From NCBI GenBank assembly GCA_976226885.1, contig OZ320318.1, positions 79,112,001 to 79,176,000 on the forward strand: 64,000 nt of DNA, in the 5' to 3' direction. The notes beneath the pieces were generated by a model. The model searched no databases. It had not been told where the DNA came from and saw only the letters and a list, made by a program, of their open reading frames with translations. A program made the position numbers and the translations under genes. Positions 61,105 to 64,000 of the stretch are shown here, piece by piece (the first letter of the stretch is position 1; every line of letters starts with the position of its first letter). The stretch is from Iphione sp. A-MEVVRFRX5. Taxonomy: Eukaryota.

Positions 61105-61810
61105 CATGTAGTCCATAGCTTGTGGGATGAATATTATCAGTATAGTCTATAGCTTGAAGGATGAATATTACCAGTACAGTCTATAGCCTGAGGGATGAAT
61201 ATTATCAGCATAGTCTATAGCCTGAGGGATGAATATTATCAGTATAGTCTATAGCCTGAGGGATGAATATTATCAGTATAGTCTATAGCCTGAGGGATGA
61301 ATATTATCAGCATAGTCTATAGCCTGAGGGATGAATATTATCAGTATAGTCTATAGCCTGAGGGATGAATATTATCAGTATAGTCTATAGCCTGAGGGAT
61401 TAATATTATCAGCATAGTCTATAGCCTGATGGATGAATATTACCAGTACATTCTATAGCCTGAGGGATGAAAATTATCAGCATAGTCTATAGCCTGAGGG
61501 ATGAATATTATCAGTATAGTTTAAGATAGTTTGAGGGATGAATATTATCAGCATAGTCTATAGCTTGAGGGATGAATATTACCAGTATAATCTATAGGCT
61601 GAAGGATGAATATTATCAGCATAGTCTATAGTCTGAGGGGTGAATATCATTTATATATCTTTAGCATGAGGGATGGATATTATCAGTCTAGTCTACCATC
61701 TGAAGGTTGAGTATCATCAGTATACATATAGTCTATAGTCTGAGGGATGGATCTTATCAGTCTAGTCTATAGTTTGACAGATAAACTATCAGTACAGTCT
61801 ATAGTCTAAT
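61105..61810. repeat. 34-bp minisatellite, about 20 copies (tagtctatagcctgagggatgaatattatcagYa)
   Basis: cctgag at 61221, 61255, 61289 and onward; no unique spacers; edges degenerate. Confidence 0.95.
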
Positions 61811-64000
61811 GGTCTATATATAGCCGGAGAGATAATACTAGCATCTATTACATAATATTTATGTTTCCAATAACCTGACTGACCCTGATATTTGTCATAA
61901 TGGCGCTTTATATCTTTATAATGTTTTATGAATACCTCCATCAATAATACCGATTAAGATTCAAAATACACATCGCTGTCTTCCTTATGTCATTATGGTA
62001 TGAGATTCATTAAAATTTAAGCATTAGAAGTGATAGTTCCAAGCTTACAAAGTACTGTCTGTTTTTTCACTGCTACAATAATTTGTGCGTACAAAAATGT
62101 ACCGGTCGACATATTAACCCTGGTTTTTTCCAGCATGTTACCGAAAACACAGATATCTTTTTTAGCATAATACGTAATAGGAGGCGGAGATCCGCTTGGC
62201 TGGAGCACACGACCAGCTCGAGAGGAGGTTCTTTCCCCGGCATGGCGAGAAGTCGAGGATAATGTCGATACATGTTATTGTATGCCATTACAACGGTATG
62301 AAAGATCACCAAATCTCCATATAAGTCGACCTGGCCTGAACAGCGTTAAACACGTTTGAAGCATTATTGGTGTGTGTAGGCCTACATATTTATATGAAGA
62401 TAAACATGCATTTAGAATGGCAGCGAACCCTCACTCGTTCTATATCTAACACATATAGATATCAAATATGTCGTACAACATGTGGTTGGTATTGTTATAT
62501 CCTGTTGTGACTGGCGGCGTCACGGTCTCGTCAGATTAAAAAAAAACAGAAAGAGTAGTAAATAGTCTTAATCTGGGATGGTCTGATGAGTGGGAAAAGT
62601 TCCTTTTTTTACACACACCGCAAAGACCGGAAGTATTCATGGAAACCGGAGCAATATATTCATCAAAGTGTCAAGATACTTTGTATATCAATCGTGTGTA
62701 CAAGTTGTCTATAGTGGACGGAAGTACATGTATAATGCTGTTACAACACAATACGATACCCTGGAGAGAAGGGGGCGCCATAGAGCGTCCTCTCAGAGAC
62801 ACATCCGCGACCTATATATGTCAAAGCGCATCTTCCTCTCGAGGTCACTACCTGCGCGACCTATCTGTGCTATTATCAGATCAAGGTAAATACGAGCTAA
62901 TCCAGCTGGATTAGACACCGGTAACAGACGAGTGGGTTAATCCATTAGGTGAAGGCCCGCTGAGTGGTTCACACTAGACCCGCTAGAGGGCAGTCAAATA
63001 GTTGGATTGTCTATGATTTATCGACATCCCAACCCCCCCCCCCCCGACACCCACCCAATCTGACTGTTGATCACACGAGTAAATCTTGTCACTCGTTGAT
63101 CCTGACAGTTCTCGCTAGGGGGCCCTCCAATGACGTCATTTTAAGAGGGCTGCGGGACGATCGGCAGTGACAGTGACCCGGTGGCCGTCCTGGTAGTAGA
63201 TTTATTTTCAAATCAACGGACGTAATGAGAATCTACGCTAACGTTACGCGAAAAAGGTGTACTCTTAACAAATACGCTTCTACACCACGTCAATCCTTGT
63301 TACTTTCTAGCAAGTCCTGATTCACTAGTGAATAATGCTCACGGATGTCAAGTGAATACGCGATCAGTTACTTCAAGGAACATAACCACATGATGTACCG
63401 GGAATATGGGAAGTCGATGAGGGGTATTTTCCCCAGTTTCGACTAACGTCTTATATTATGGTACAAACACGAACGAGATTATAACACGTTATGATGTAAT
63501 CAATGATGATATAACACAGTCATCAACCACAAACAACCCACCCAACCCCCAGTACGGCCAGAGCATCATCTTCCCAACGTCCTCAAACTACGTACTATTT
63601 TCGAAAGACCACATGTGGATGTCATAAGCAGTAGGTCACCATGGATTATAACTAATAATTATTTGTTATCGTTTGGTTTTATGCTGTTTTGACAATGGGA
63701 TCAAGATAGATTTGCCACCCTGTTTCCGACTCTGAAGTGAGATACAGATAAATAACTATTATTACAGCAGAGATAGACTCAGTTTTCATAGCACAGGCGT
63801 ATTGTTTGTATGGATAAAGGTTTTCTTAGGGAAAATTGATTTTCTTCATGTTTGATAGAAAATTTGTACCTACAGATCCATAGACTCAGCCTGTACTCCC
63901 AGATGGGGGATAGGTGTTTCTTGTCTGGTAGAGAACACGTTCATATGGGTAAATATAGACATGTACACTCAGTCCAAAGAGAAAAGAGGAAAGGCACCTG

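Noticed and set aside
61105-61810. CRISPR array (repeat length 34 bp)
   Set aside because: Units are head-to-tail with no unique spacers, no cas genes, and the context is eukaryotic.
53575-62610. Hammerhead ribozyme cores at CTGATGA sites (e.g. 53580, 55177, 62583)
   Set aside because: No stem II closed by GAAA at the right spacing was visible.
62790-62890. + strand first exon MSKRIFLSRSLPARPICAIIRS with donor AAG|gtaaat
   Set aside because: No downstream exon or homology within the window; chance occurrence is plausible.

Overview
Animal (probably marine invertebrate; inference) genomic DNA with two recognisable protein-coding genes arranged tail-to-tail. (1) On + strand, a TRIM/RBCC E3 ligase with a single coding exon (ATG 5100 to TGA 6833): RING, B-box1, B-box2 and coiled coil, then a disordered acidic tail carrying several LC8-type motifs instead of a folded C-terminal domain. 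(2) On - strand, a 12-exon p47phox/NCF1-like NADPH-oxidase organiser (PX, SH3, SH3, basic autoinhibitory-like region, long Pro/Tyr-motif tail) from ATG 39971 to TGA 16317. I reconstructed it by hand with every GT-AG junction in frame. It has a candidate 60-nt cassette exon inside the autoinhibitory region and two alternative C-termini. The rest is intron or intergenic sequence with MITEs (Tc1/pogo-, Harbinger- and hAT-like), two decayed LINE fragments, a tRNA-derived SINE head, minisatellites, microsatellites and a 131-N gap. I found no rRNA, intact tRNA or CRISPR array. All family assignments come from recalled motifs, not database searches.
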